From Candidatus Multivoradales bacterium (GTDB taxonomy: Bacteria; Acidobacteriota; Thermoanaerobaculia; Multivoradales; JAHEKO01): 64,000 nucleotides of DNA. The stretch covers positions 2,232,777-2,296,776 of the forward strand of contig CBDFIJ010000004.1 in NCBI GenBank assembly GCA_965248055.1, given 5' to 3'. Shown one piece after another: positions 1 to 9,142 of the stretch. The notes beneath the pieces are model-generated. The model was not told the DNA's origin and searched no databases. It saw nothing but the letters and a program-made list of their open reading frames with translations. The translations under genes and the position numbers were made by a program. Each line of letters opens with the position of its first letter. Within the stretch, counting starts at the first letter, position 1.

Positions 1-146
1 CCCGAGCGCTTCGTACGCGGCTGCCCGAAGCCAAAACCATTACCCGACGCTGTCTGGATTAACCCACCAGATCGGGATCGATCATCGCTTGGCGATGCTC
101 ACTAAATTAAAGATGACGTGTGTCTCATTATCGTTGACAGGTTCCG
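1..146 (+). mobile_element. 3'-terminal 146 bp of an IS3-family insertion sequence: the last OrfB codons plus the right inverted repeat. The window begins inside the element.
   Basis: nt 1-146 match 25981-26124, the 3' end of the complete IS at 24577-26124, with only 2 differences. Identity stops abruptly at 146/26124. Confidence 0.85.
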
Positions 147-730
147 CTTTGACCACTTACCAACCTCAATTCTCGAAAAATCAACAACTCAAGATCATAG
201 CGAAGCGCGTCGCCCTTCGGCCTTCCAACCATGAGACTGTAAAGCCAATTGGCAAAAGTCCGCGGAATCTCGCGATCAGCCGACCATTTCTTGGCCAAGT
301 CGATTGCCAAAGATCTGCAGACAGTCCAGGCTCGCCAGTTTTCCAAATGCTCAAAATCGACGCCCGCTCGTGAAACCATGCGGTCTACGAGATGCGCGGC
401 TGCATTGCGCTTGAACTCCGACTCCTCCCAATATGGAGCTATCCAATATTTCGAATCCAAGGCTAAATCAACACCTTCTAACCGCATTCGAATGACACCT
501 TCCGCATCCTGGCGAGAAGCTCCATGCCACACTCTGAAGTCGCCCTGTCTTTCTACAGCAATGTTCATCTTATTTAGGCCGACCGGAGCGACCTCAATTC
601 GCTCTACGGACGAGCTTTCGAGGCTCACCACTTTGAGTTCGGCACGGTGGAACCCAGCAAAGGCATCAGCAACCTGTGTCCAGTCCGGACATTCAACTGG
701 AGCATTCCTTCCTACTCTGAGTATCGTCAT
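128..730 (-). CDS. Hypothetical 200-aa protein. Candidate immunity protein for the upstream RHS-core toxin. The IS end overlaps its last ~6 codons.
   Basis: ORF lies immediately downstream of, and on the same strand as, the RHS-core gene. No recognisable catalytic motif. Its stop lies within the IS right end (128-146). Confidence 0.4.
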   Translation of the reverse strand: MTILRVGRNAPVECPDWTQVADAFAGFHRAELKVVSLESSSVERIEVAPVGLNKMNIAVERQGDFRVWHGASRQDAEGVIRMRLEGVDLALDSKYWIAPYWEESEFKRNAAAHLVDRMVSRAGVDFEHLENWRAWTVCRSLAIDLAKKWSADREIPRTFANWLYSLMVGRPKGDALRYDLELLIFRELRLVSGQSGTCQR

Positions 731-756
731 GATCTTTTGTCGATTTAATAACTCGA

Positions 757-1644
757 TCAGAGTTTGGGGTCCTCTGGTTTTGTAGGTTTCTTGGGTTCGG
801 GCTTTGGAGACGTATCTTCTCCACGTTTTCCAAATATCTTGTCAACAAGTTTCTTGACCTTGTTTTTGGCAGCTCCTGCGACAAGCCCTACTACAACCGC
901 TGCTGCATCCACTGCATTCTCCGCTTCTGATGCACCTCGAACACGATCTTCTATCTCGGATGCCTCTTGGGCCTCGATGCTTTCAGCTGCTCCGGTGCTC
1001 GTCTGCCCTTCGGGCATCAATATTTCACCGGCTTCTCTAACTCGATCACTTAGGGCAGCAACCGCAGAATCGAATGAAGCTCCCACCGAATCAGCCGCCG
1101 CTATCGCCTCTCGTTGATAGCTCGGATTGGCAGTTGTAACAACGGCAACAACACTAACAACGATAAGCCCACCAACAATCAGCGCTACCGCGAACTCGCC
1201 ATCTGGGTCAGCAAATACGACCGGATTATTTCGTCCGTAGGAGTATCGATTCCACGTCTGCGGGATTCTGACATCAGCACTCCCCAACACCGGATCAACA
1301 CTGCCAAACCTCCCCAACCACGGGCTGTAATACCGCGCATGCATGTAATCCCAGTCATCGATCGCCCCCGACCCATGGTCATCCCGCTCATGGCCGGTGA
1401 AACCAAGCGTGGTCTCCGGTTCTCCATCTGGGTCAGTGGCTACTTGGCGGCCAAAAGGTAGGTAGTCGCGGGACTCGATGACCTTGCCGTTTTCATCCGT
1501 AATTCTGCGCACCGAGCCCAGGTGATCGCTGTGCAGATGGTAAGTAGTCACCTCTTCACGGGGAATTGCGTTTACCGGTGCAGCGAGGCTGAGAAAGTTG
1601 GTGACAATGAGTACAAAAACCAGCAGCGTGGCACGGATCTTCAT
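757..1644 (-). CDS. Secreted RHS-repeat-associated core-domain protein. The variable C-terminal domain carries a TM helix, an acidic Ala-rich region and a Lys-rich tail, and is a putative polymorphic toxin.
   Basis: Perfect RBS AAGGAGG lies 5 nt upstream of the ATG at 1644. Signal peptide MKIRATLLVFVLIVTNFLSLAAPVNA. RHS core hallmarks: YHLHSDHLGSV, YLPFGRQ, GFTGHERD, YMHARYYSPWLGRFGSVDP, NRYSYGRNNP, DPDGE. Hydrophobic FAVALIVGGLIVVSVVAVVTTA follows the core. Confidence 0.8.
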   Translation of the reverse strand: MKIRATLLVFVLIVTNFLSLAAPVNAIPREEVTTYHLHSDHLGSVRRITDENGKVIESRDYLPFGRQVATDPDGEPETTLGFTGHERDDHGSGAIDDWDYMHARYYSPWLGRFGSVDPVLGSADVRIPQTWNRYSYGRNNPVVFADPDGEFAVALIVGGLIVVSVVAVVTTANPSYQREAIAAADSVGASFDSAVAALSDRVREAGEILMPEGQTSTGAAESIEAQEASEIEDRVRGASEAENAVDAAAVVVGLVAGAAKNKVKKLVDKIFGKRGEDTSPKPEPKKPTKPEDPKL

Positions 1645-1706
1645 GGCAGTTCCTCCTTGGACTGAGTTGACAAGATTTCTACTCATCTTCAAATATCTAA
1701 CCCGCT

Positions 1707-4250
1707 TCATGGGACCACCACCAATTCCACCTTCTTCATGACGATGGTCGTCGGATCGCCGTCACTGTGCCACTTTGTGAATTGCAGCCGAATGTCTGAA
1801 TAGTTCGTAAAACCCGCCACAACGCTGGCTGAGAGAGGTACTGCTTTGCGTTGGAACGCGGTACCAAAATAGACGTTGGTCCACCACAAAACAGTGTTAT
1901 TCGGTGCCATAACGTAGAGCCGAGCATGCTTCGCCGTTAGACCGTTTTCCACTTTTCCTGTGAGGTAGACGGTGTGGTCGGTGTCCTTGCCCGGGTCGAT
2001 CATCGGTGACATGCGCACCCGAAAGCTGTCGGTGACCCCTGACGACTTCTGGGATCTAACGACGTTGGTATCGTCATCCAATTTCGACCACAACGGACTC
2101 ACGGCCCAGCCGTCGTTGCTGAGATCTGCCACTGGAAGAGCTGTTTGCGTCGACGAAACGGTGAGCGTCGCAGCAATAGAACCCTTCCCGCCATAGGGAT
2201 TGTTGGCAGCACAGCGATATTGTCCGGCTTCGCCATTGGCGACATTGCTGATGGTGACGTTTTGAGTTAACACTCCAGAATATTTGCCTCCATTGTTGAG
2301 ATCGGTCCAAACATTGGATATCTTCTTTTGCCATTTGTAACTGATCGGATCGGTACCCGTGGCAGCACAGGAGAACGTTGTGTTGGATGCAGGCGCCACT
2401 GTGCGTGAAGTTGGATGTTGGGTGATCGTCGGCGGAGTGGGGACAGCCACTGTAACCGTTCGGGTAAGACTACTGGTGTCCTGTCCGTCGCTAACTGTTA
2501 GACGCACCGTATAGACGCCTTCCGAGGAGTAGCTATGGGCAACTGCTCCAGTTGAGGCCGTCGTTCCGTCACCAAAATCCCAAGAATAGGTGAGGGGATC
2601 ACCTTCCGGGTCGGTTGAGCAGTAGCCGCCAAACGTGTAGTTGTCCCCGACAAGCAATGAGATATCGCCAGCGGGCCTACCAATACACGCCTTAGGTGGA
2701 AGATTGGACACTGGGACTTCAAGACAAAGCTTTTGTAGAACTACGGTCGTCGGATCGCCATCAGTGTGCCATTTGTTAATTTGTAGCCGGATATCTGAGT
2801 AGTTGGTCAACCCTGCGACGGCAGTAGCGGGTAGCAATACTGCTTTCGTTTGAAACGCGGTGTCAAAATACACATTGGTCCACCATAGAACCGTGTTGTC
2901 AGGAGCCATCAGGTAGAGACGGACGTGCTTTTCCGCTAGACCATCTTCAACTTTCCCGGTTAAGTAAACAGTGTGGTCCGTATCCTTACCGGGATCCGAA
3001 AATGGAGCCAGCCGAACACGGAAACTGTCGGTAACACCGCCCGATTTTTGAGATTTCGTCACGTTGGTGTCATCGTCCAGCATTTGCCACACTGGGCTTG
3101 GAGCCCAACCATCGCGTGAGAGGTCGGCAACTGGACAAGATTCCAAGATGGCAAGTACGTCCAACACCGCCGGGTTGGATGGAGCATAATTGCCACAAAT
3201 AGTGCCAATGTCACAATTTGTCGCTGTGTTGTGAGTCCAGCATCGGTACTGGCCTTCATGCTCAAAGTTCACGGGATCAATCGTCAGCTGCTTAGTAAAA
3301 GACCCGCCAATTGATCCCCCATCACTTAGCATGATCCACGCCCCCTCTTGGTAGCTCTGCCATCTATAGGTAATCGGCTCCGTGCCGGTTGCATCGCAAC
3401 TGAAGGTTACGGCACCACCGGCGGCCACAGAATCAGAAACCGGATGCTGAGTAATCGAGACAGGAACGCGGTCCTGTACGTTGATGGTAATCACCGCAGT
3501 GTCACTTGAGGTTTCATCGCTCACCGTCAAGGTTATGGTGTACATGCTAGGCGTCGAATAAACCTTGCCTGAACTTGGTCCATTGGCTGTCGTGCCGTCC
3601 CCTAAATCCCACTCGTAGGTTAAGGGATCGTCTTCTGGATCTGTGGAGCAATCGGCGTTGAAATCGAGTTTTGCTGGTGCGATGTAGAGATCGCCGTCTG
3701 AAGGGTAGGAAATGCACGCTGTTGGAGGCGAGTCTACGATATCGTTCTTAACCGTGGCAATCGGTTGTCCATCACGGAAAATATTGTCGCGTTCCCAAGA
3801 GAGGATGAAAGGATCCGGCCCCTCGTGGGTCAGTTGTCGCAGCACTTTGCCGCCCAACCCGCGTGCGGAAAATGTTTCCACTCTTTGAGCCACTGACCCG
3901 TCTTCGGAAGCAACCACTCCGACGCGCTCATCGTCAGCGTCGTATAAGTAGACTTCTTTCCCGGCGTTGTATTGCCAAGGCATGTTTAAGGGGTCGTACT
4001 GATAGGCATTCCCAGAGAAAGCCAGCAAGTTGCCGGCAGTATCGTAGGTGGCACCCACACCGCCTACATTGGCAATCCTGTTGCTGCTACCGCTAATCGC
4101 GATGCTGAGATTCTCAGTTGATCCAGGGAGAGTGAAGTTGTGCTGTGTGATGTTGCCGTATTGGTCGTAGGTGAGGTTCTCGGTGTATTTTTGGCCACCC
4201 GATGTCACCTCTCCCTTCTTGAGCCGCGACACTGTATGCGTCCATGACAT
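1707..4250 (-). CDS. YD-repeat / PKD / Ig-like multidomain surface protein, 5'-truncated, with an internal tandem duplication of a PKD-Ig-unknown domain unit.
   Basis: YD repeats: LTYDQYGNITQ, ATYDTAGNLL, YLYDADDERVGVV. PKD-like: CSTDPEDDPLTYEWDLGDGTT. Ig-like: TFSCDATGTEPITYRWQ...GQYRCW. Two ~330-aa paralogous blocks. No signal peptide, because the reading frame runs upstream into transposase-derived codons. Confidence 0.6.
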   Translation of the reverse strand: MSWTHTVSRLKKGEVTSGGQKYTENLTYDQYGNITQHNFTLPGSTENLSIAISGSSNRIANVGGVGATYDTAGNLLAFSGNAYQYDPLNMPWQYNAGKEVYLYDADDERVGVVASEDGSVAQRVETFSARGLGGKVLRQLTHEGPDPFILSWERDNIFRDGQPIATVKNDIVDSPPTACISYPSDGDLYIAPAKLDFNADCSTDPEDDPLTYEWDLGDGTTANGPSSGKVYSTPSMYTITLTVSDETSSDTAVITINVQDRVPVSITQHPVSDSVAAGGAVTFSCDATGTEPITYRWQSYQEGAWIMLSDGGSIGGSFTKQLTIDPVNFEHEGQYRCWTHNTATNCDIGTICGNYAPSNPAVLDVLAILESCPVADLSRDGWAPSPVWQMLDDDTNVTKSQKSGGVTDSFRVRLAPFSDPGKDTDHTVYLTGKVEDGLAEKHVRLYLMAPDNTVLWWTNVYFDTAFQTKAVLLPATAVAGLTNYSDIRLQINKWHTDGDPTTVVLQKLCLEVPVSNLPPKACIGRPAGDISLLVGDNYTFGGYCSTDPEGDPLTYSWDFGDGTTASTGAVAHSYSSEGVYTVRLTVSDGQDTSSLTRTVTVAVPTPPTITQHPTSRTVAPASNTTFSCAATGTDPISYKWQKKISNVWTDLNNGGKYSGVLTQNVTISNVANGEAGQYRCAANNPYGGKGSIAATLTVSSTQTALPVADLSNDGWAVSPLWSKLDDDTNVVRSQKSSGVTDSFRVRMSPMIDPGKDTDHTVYLTGKVENGLTAKHARLYVMAPNNTVLWWTNVYFGTAFQRKAVPLSASVVAGFTNYSDIRLQFTKWHSDGDPTTIVMKKVELVVVP

Positions 4251-4574
4251 TTGGCACTGATCGGTATGTTCAGCTACGTATTGTAGCGGTGGTCTTTGTC
4301 GGTGGCTCCAGTGGGGCCTTTCGGCGTTAAACCAGAGCATCCAGTCGAAGAGTTTTTGGTTGAAAGCTTGGAGGTCAGTGAAGAGCAAGTCTTCGTTGTA
4401 GTCAACGAATTTCTCTTGGATGGTTCGATTGAATCTCTCGGCTTGGGCGTTCATCTTCGGGCACCTGGGGTAGGTGTACCAGCGTTTGATTCCAGCCTCA
4501 GCAGCTTTCTTGTCGAAGGCTCCTTGAAACTCACTACCGTTGTCTGAGAGCACGGTAGTAACAGCAAATGGCAA
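4251..4574 (-). pseudogene. Fragment of a DDE (rve) integrase-core transposase, IS481/IS3-like C-terminal part, read through in-frame into the downstream gene.
   Basis: SDNGSEFQGAF...GIKRWYTYPRCPKMNAQAERFNRTIQ...FNAERPHWSH is the C-terminal half of an rve integrase core. There is no N-terminal catalytic part. Confidence 0.65.
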
Positions 4575-4686
4575 GACATCAAGGCTCAGGTCCAGAAAGC
4601 GCGCTGCCGTGGGATGTGTCCCGAATCTTGTGGAAATTGGTATTTGGCGTAGCGTCTCCCGCGGTCAGGTTTAGTTGATTCTAGTG

Positions 4687-4965
4687 CTACGCGGCTGCTT
4701 GACGGTCAAGCATCCGGTGCAAGTCTTGGTAGCCGTTGATGCGGTGCATCCTGATCTGACCGAAAGCGACGAGTCCCCAGAGCAAAGTGACACCAGCTGC
4801 CTCAGTCGAGAATGAGCCTTGGGTCTTGGTACGGCGCCGAAACTCACGGTTGAGATTCTCCAGCGCGTTGGTGGTCCTTGTGGATCGCCACAACGATCTC
4901 GGTAAATCGTAGAAAGTGATCAGTTCCATCCCAGCCTCTTGGAAGCTCCTGGCTACTGCGGGCAC
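4687..4965 (-). pseudogene. IS256-family transposase C-terminal fragment.
   Basis: ITFYDLPRSLWRSTRTTNALENLNREFRRRTKTQGSFSTEAAGVTLLWGLVAF matches the conserved C-terminus of IS256/Mutator-type transposases. Only 92 aa. Confidence 0.7.
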
Positions 4966-5463
4966 CAGCTTGGACCACGGAGGTTACGCCTTTATCAATT
5001 TCCACAACAATCGGGACCGATCCTGGATCTTCTGCCGCTTGCTATCCATGAAAATCAAAGCCTATTCATCCTGACTCACCGTTCGGGCCTTCGGTCTCCT
5101 GAAAAAAAACCTACTATGCCCTCTGCTGACTTCTGCGATGCGGTCAAAGCACCTCACGGTGCTCTCAGTCCCCTTTGCAAGAGACACATCGCAGACCTCC
5201 CGAGGTAAGTTCAAACCACCTTCACCGCACATACGCCGGATTTACAGCCCAGACGCTTGATCGGTATGGACTTTGTGACCTCTTGCTCACTCGTCCCACC
5301 TGGACTGCCTCGTATCCGATTCCCGTTCGTCGTGTCGCGGTTTTGCTCCACACTGCCTTCAGACCAGACCTCACGATCTCGCCCTTGTGCTTCGCTAGCA
5401 CTTCACCTCCATCTGGTTGTGCAGGGACTCGCACCCATAAGTTGTTGAACATGCTCGGCACAC

Positions 5464-5492
5464 AAAAAAGGGCCCTCCTGAGGAGGGCCCTT
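5464..5492 (-). terminator. Rho-independent terminator for the TonB-dependent receptor gene 5527-8553.
   Basis: Perfect inverted repeat gggccctcctc/gaggagggccc. On the minus strand it is followed by TTTTTTGTG. Confidence 0.7.
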
Positions 5493-5526
5493 AATAACTT
5501 CTTTGAAAAGTTGTACTAACTCGAAG

Positions 5527-8500
5527 CTAGAACCGTAGCCTTGCTCCTACAAAGAAGCGTCTGGGTGCAGCGTAATCAATACCGTCAAGATACTGAAAAC
5601 CGTCTCCGCCAGGCAGCAGATCTTGCAAACGAATCAGAGACTGATCGTCAAGGATATTGAAGACATCGAGAAAGAAATCAACTTCGGTATCGCCATTAGT
5701 GGTCCACACGTATGATCCACGGATATCGAGGATCCCATGGCTGTTGCCATCGTGAAAACCAAGCGCGTCGGGCTCAATCCAGGTGTCGTCAAATCCGCCA
5801 CCAGCCCAACCAGCGAACGCAAAACTCTGGTCCACGCGATCCGGAAGACTACGACCAAAGGCTTGTTGGTCGTTACGGTTGAGAATGATTCCGGAATTCC
5901 AGCGATAACTACCACCAACCTGGAAACCGTTGTCCCAGTCGTAGGAACCGTGAACTTTGAACAAATGCTCAACCAAGCCCGGCAAAGTGCCGGTACGGTT
6001 TGGAGCTCGCGGATCTAGGAAGACAACGTCACCAGCGCCATCAAAGTTGGCGTCGGAGTTGGAGTTCCCTTCACCGTCGGCGTAGTTGTACGAAGCAAGC
6101 AACTGCCAGTTGTCGCTGTAGCGCTTACGGAAAACCAACTCAGCACCTTGCCAGTCGCGAAAAGCGCTGGGAAGGGTGCCGATCAGGAAGTTGAGATTGG
6201 TGGGGATGTCGCTCAGGCTGCTGAAGCCGAAGTATTGCGGACCCAAGAATAGTGAGTTCGGATCGTTAAGATCGCCACCCCATTGCGCGGCGTTGTAGTA
6301 AAACGAACCGTAGTCCTCACCGATGGCACTGGTTTGCCGGTCGACTAAGTTGACCTCAAACATCATGTTTCGACCCAGGTCACGTTTGTATTGGATCTGG
6401 ATCTCCTCGGTGACCGGGGTTTCGATGCTCGGAGCGAAAAAAGCGTCCTGAACTGCAGTGCCACCGCGAAAGCGGAAGCGCACCCAGTCTTGCAACGCGT
6501 CAACGTAGACCTGCTCCTCGATCACTCGACCGGTCAGAGAACCAGCAAAATCGATCGCAGTGTCGCGGAAGGCGTCGTAGTACTCACCGTAGAACACACC
6601 GATGCTGCTCTTGCCGTCACCGTTCACGTCGTAGGCAACACTGATGCGCGGAGCCACTTCGGTGTCCCAGGTTCCCACGTCATCGCCGTTGTCAGCGATG
6701 AAGGTGGTGTCTTCAGCACGGAGGCCAGCATTGACGCTCCATTTGTTGTGCTGCCAGGAGTCCTGAATGTAGAAGTGTGTCGACTCGGAGCCTTTGCTGG
6801 AAATACCAGCCTGGGTCTGCAGGTCGCGCGTGTAGTTGACCAAACCATTTGGATTGCCTGCGGTAGTACCGAAAGTCATGTTATTGAGAATCTCTGTTTG
6901 GTCAAGGACGCCATTGTGGTTGTCATCCCACAATCCAACCAATGTCGCCAGCTGGCCTGCGGTGAGGCCTTCGTTGAAGCCATTTAGCTCGTCGCTGGAG
7001 ACGCCAAAGTCACTTGTCGACCAACCTGTCGCACAAGTACCGACTACCTCGCACAGTACGATCGAGCCGCCTGTGGGAGAGAGCGAAATATAGGTTGCCG
7101 GTGGGCTGCCAGTCGTCGAAGGATTCTCAAATAGGGTGCTTTCGCCATCGACCATACCGAATTTCAGCGAATGGTCGCCCCAACTGGTGTCGAACAAGTA
7201 CTCAAGGGATCCCCGAATTGACTCGGTTGCACGGTTGACCGTGACGTTGGTCCCCGAACCACCGAGCTTTTCTTGCGCGGAAGTGAAGACCGATCCAGGA
7301 GCAAAAGAGACATCGTTACGAGGTGCCTGATTCTTCGGAGTTTGATTGCGATCTGCTTCATGGTCGGTAAAGGCAACCTCTAATGCGGTGGAACCCCAAA
7401 CGCGGTTGTATCCAACGCTGTAGCGCTCACCACCTCGTTCACGGGTGAAGTCGGCTGCGTTAGGAATATCCCGATCAAAACTGGCATCGCGATCAACTGG
7501 GTCGGTCAAGAAAGTACCAGAGAGGACATCGCTATCGGTGAGCGCCCAGGTTGCTTTGAAGAAGCCCTGATCAGCACTCTCGGTAGCTGTGCGCAGAAGC
7601 TGGCCTTGTTCGTTGGCCACGTCACGCTCTTGTTCGACCTTGCGAAAACTTCCAAAAAACCAAGCCTTGTCCCGGGTGATCGGGCCACCCAAGGTGGCGG
7701 CTGCGTCAAAGGTCGAGAAGGTTTCGTCTGCGAAGTGCTCGTTGTCACCGACCAAGCTATCGTTTTGTAGGTAGTAGTTAACCGATCCTGAGAACTGGTT
7801 ACCACCACTCTTGGTGACAACGTTCGAGATCAGTCCCGGGGAGCCGACAAATTCGGCCGGGATTGCACCAGTGAGCACACTCTGCTCCTGGATGATCTCG
7901 GAGTTGAGATCGGCGCCAGCGATGCCATCTGTGCGGTCGGTGGTATTGATGCCGTCAAAATAATAGAGATTGTCACTGGAACGTCCAACGTCGCCGCCTT
8001 CACGGTCGGCGTCACGGTAGTTGACGCCGGAACGAGAGGCAGGATTGTCGGAATCGCCCAAGGTGGCTTGCACGCCAGGCACCAACTGTAGGTATCCGGT
8101 ATAGCTACGGGCGGTCGGTAAAGACTCGGTCAACTGCAGGGTAATGTTCTGCCCCGCTTGGGTCTTGGTGACGTCAACGAGTGGTGCTTCGGCGACGACG
8201 ATTAATTCGTCGGAAACCGAGACTCCGCCCAGGGTGACCGTGAGGGACTGTGTTTGTCCAGCCTGCACAATAACGCTGTTCACAGTTTGGTCGGCAAACC
8301 CGTCGAGTACGATCGTGACCACATAATTGGTGGCCGGGGCGAGCGCAACAACCGACACTTTGCCGGTTCCGTCGGTTACCACAGTGCGGCGGGTGAGGGT
8401 CTCGTCTGAAGCAACACTCACCGAAGCACCGGGCAATCCGGTGCCGTCGGTATCGGCCACAGAGACGTCGATACTCCCGTTTTGTGCTTGACCAAAAGCC

Positions 8501-8553
8501 GCCGGTGAAACCAGCAGAAAGGCCATCGCAGTAAAGATTAGAACTCTTCGCAT
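5527..8553 (-). CDS. Oar-like TonB-dependent outer-membrane receptor with an N-terminal carboxypeptidase-regulatory-like domain.
   Basis: RBS GGAGAA before the ATG. Signal peptide MRRVLIFTAMAFLLVSPAAFGQA. N-terminal domain with TDGTGK motifs. ~1000 aa. C-terminal beta-barrel ends in ...GARLRF (terminal Phe). Paralog of 9143-12211. Confidence 0.75.
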   Translation of the reverse strand: MRRVLIFTAMAFLLVSPAAFGQAQNGSIDVSVADTDGTGLPGASVSVASDETLTRRTVVTDGTGKVSVVALAPATNYVVTIVLDGFADQTVNSVIVQAGQTQSLTVTLGGVSVSDELIVVAEAPLVDVTKTQAGQNITLQLTESLPTARSYTGYLQLVPGVQATLGDSDNPASRSGVNYRDADREGGDVGRSSDNLYYFDGINTTDRTDGIAGADLNSEIIQEQSVLTGAIPAEFVGSPGLISNVVTKSGGNQFSGSVNYYLQNDSLVGDNEHFADETFSTFDAAATLGGPITRDKAWFFGSFRKVEQERDVANEQGQLLRTATESADQGFFKATWALTDSDVLSGTFLTDPVDRDASFDRDIPNAADFTRERGGERYSVGYNRVWGSTALEVAFTDHEADRNQTPKNQAPRNDVSFAPGSVFTSAQEKLGGSGTNVTVNRATESIRGSLEYLFDTSWGDHSLKFGMVDGESTLFENPSTTGSPPATYISLSPTGGSIVLCEVVGTCATGWSTSDFGVSSDELNGFNEGLTAGQLATLVGLWDDNHNGVLDQTEILNNMTFGTTAGNPNGLVNYTRDLQTQAGISSKGSESTHFYIQDSWQHNKWSVNAGLRAEDTTFIADNGDDVGTWDTEVAPRISVAYDVNGDGKSSIGVFYGEYYDAFRDTAIDFAGSLTGRVIEEQVYVDALQDWVRFRFRGGTAVQDAFFAPSIETPVTEEIQIQYKRDLGRNMMFEVNLVDRQTSAIGEDYGSFYYNAAQWGGDLNDPNSLFLGPQYFGFSSLSDIPTNLNFLIGTLPSAFRDWQGAELVFRKRYSDNWQLLASYNYADGEGNSNSDANFDGAGDVVFLDPRAPNRTGTLPGLVEHLFKVHGSYDWDNGFQVGGSYRWNSGIILNRNDQQAFGRSLPDRVDQSFAFAGWAGGGFDDTWIEPDALGFHDGNSHGILDIRGSYVWTTNGDTEVDFFLDVFNILDDQSLIRLQDLLPGGDGFQYLDGIDYAAPRRFFVGARLRF

Positions 8554-9069
8554 CCAGTTCTCCTTCTGACATGTAGGTTAAGAGGAAACATTTCCTGTCC
8601 AAAAAAGCTGCAAAGGGTAGACCATCATTTCTGTTAGCTGCTAATAGCTTCGGCTTTGTATCTAACAGTTTTCGTTCGCTAGTCTTGACCGCAAATAATG
8701 GCGTTCGATTTGTCTGTCGAATGCCATCCGGAACCACTCTCAGGGCGTCCGCCGCACGTCAAGACATAGGAACTTAAATTCCGTGTAATCAATGCTTAGC
8801 GAGATTAGCGATTCCCTGCTCAGGGTAGCCGATAGTTCGATGAGAGACCTACCTTGATCTTCAATACGAACTGGGTTGGCGTGTAGAGGTGCCCAATCTG
8901 TGCTCCTGAATTTTGAGCGCACCGGGGGGCGGGAGCAGGTTTCCCGTCAGTCGCCCATCAGCCAATCCAGTCCAATGGACCAATGTGTTCAATATCTTGA
9001 AGTGAAGGCAATATAAAGAAACGTTTTAGCGCTATGGAAGTGGGTGTGCTGTGGCAGTGCCTCAGCGAC

Positions 9070-9102
9070 AAAAAGAAAAGGCCCTCCGTTGGGAGGACCT
9101 TT
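9070..9102 (-). terminator. Probable rho-independent terminator for gene 9143-12211.
   Basis: Imperfect hairpin ggccctcc gttg ggaggacc. A T-rich run on the minus strand follows. Confidence 0.5.
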
Positions 9103-9142
9103 CGTCGGCCTTGCTGGAGGCCGAGTTAACTCGGGCGCGGGG

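Noticed and set aside
249-1117. Plus-strand ORFs (178 aa, 117 aa) overlapping the immunity-candidate and RHS-core genes
   Set aside because: Antisense to genes with a strong RBS/signal peptide and motifs. Compositionally biased translations.
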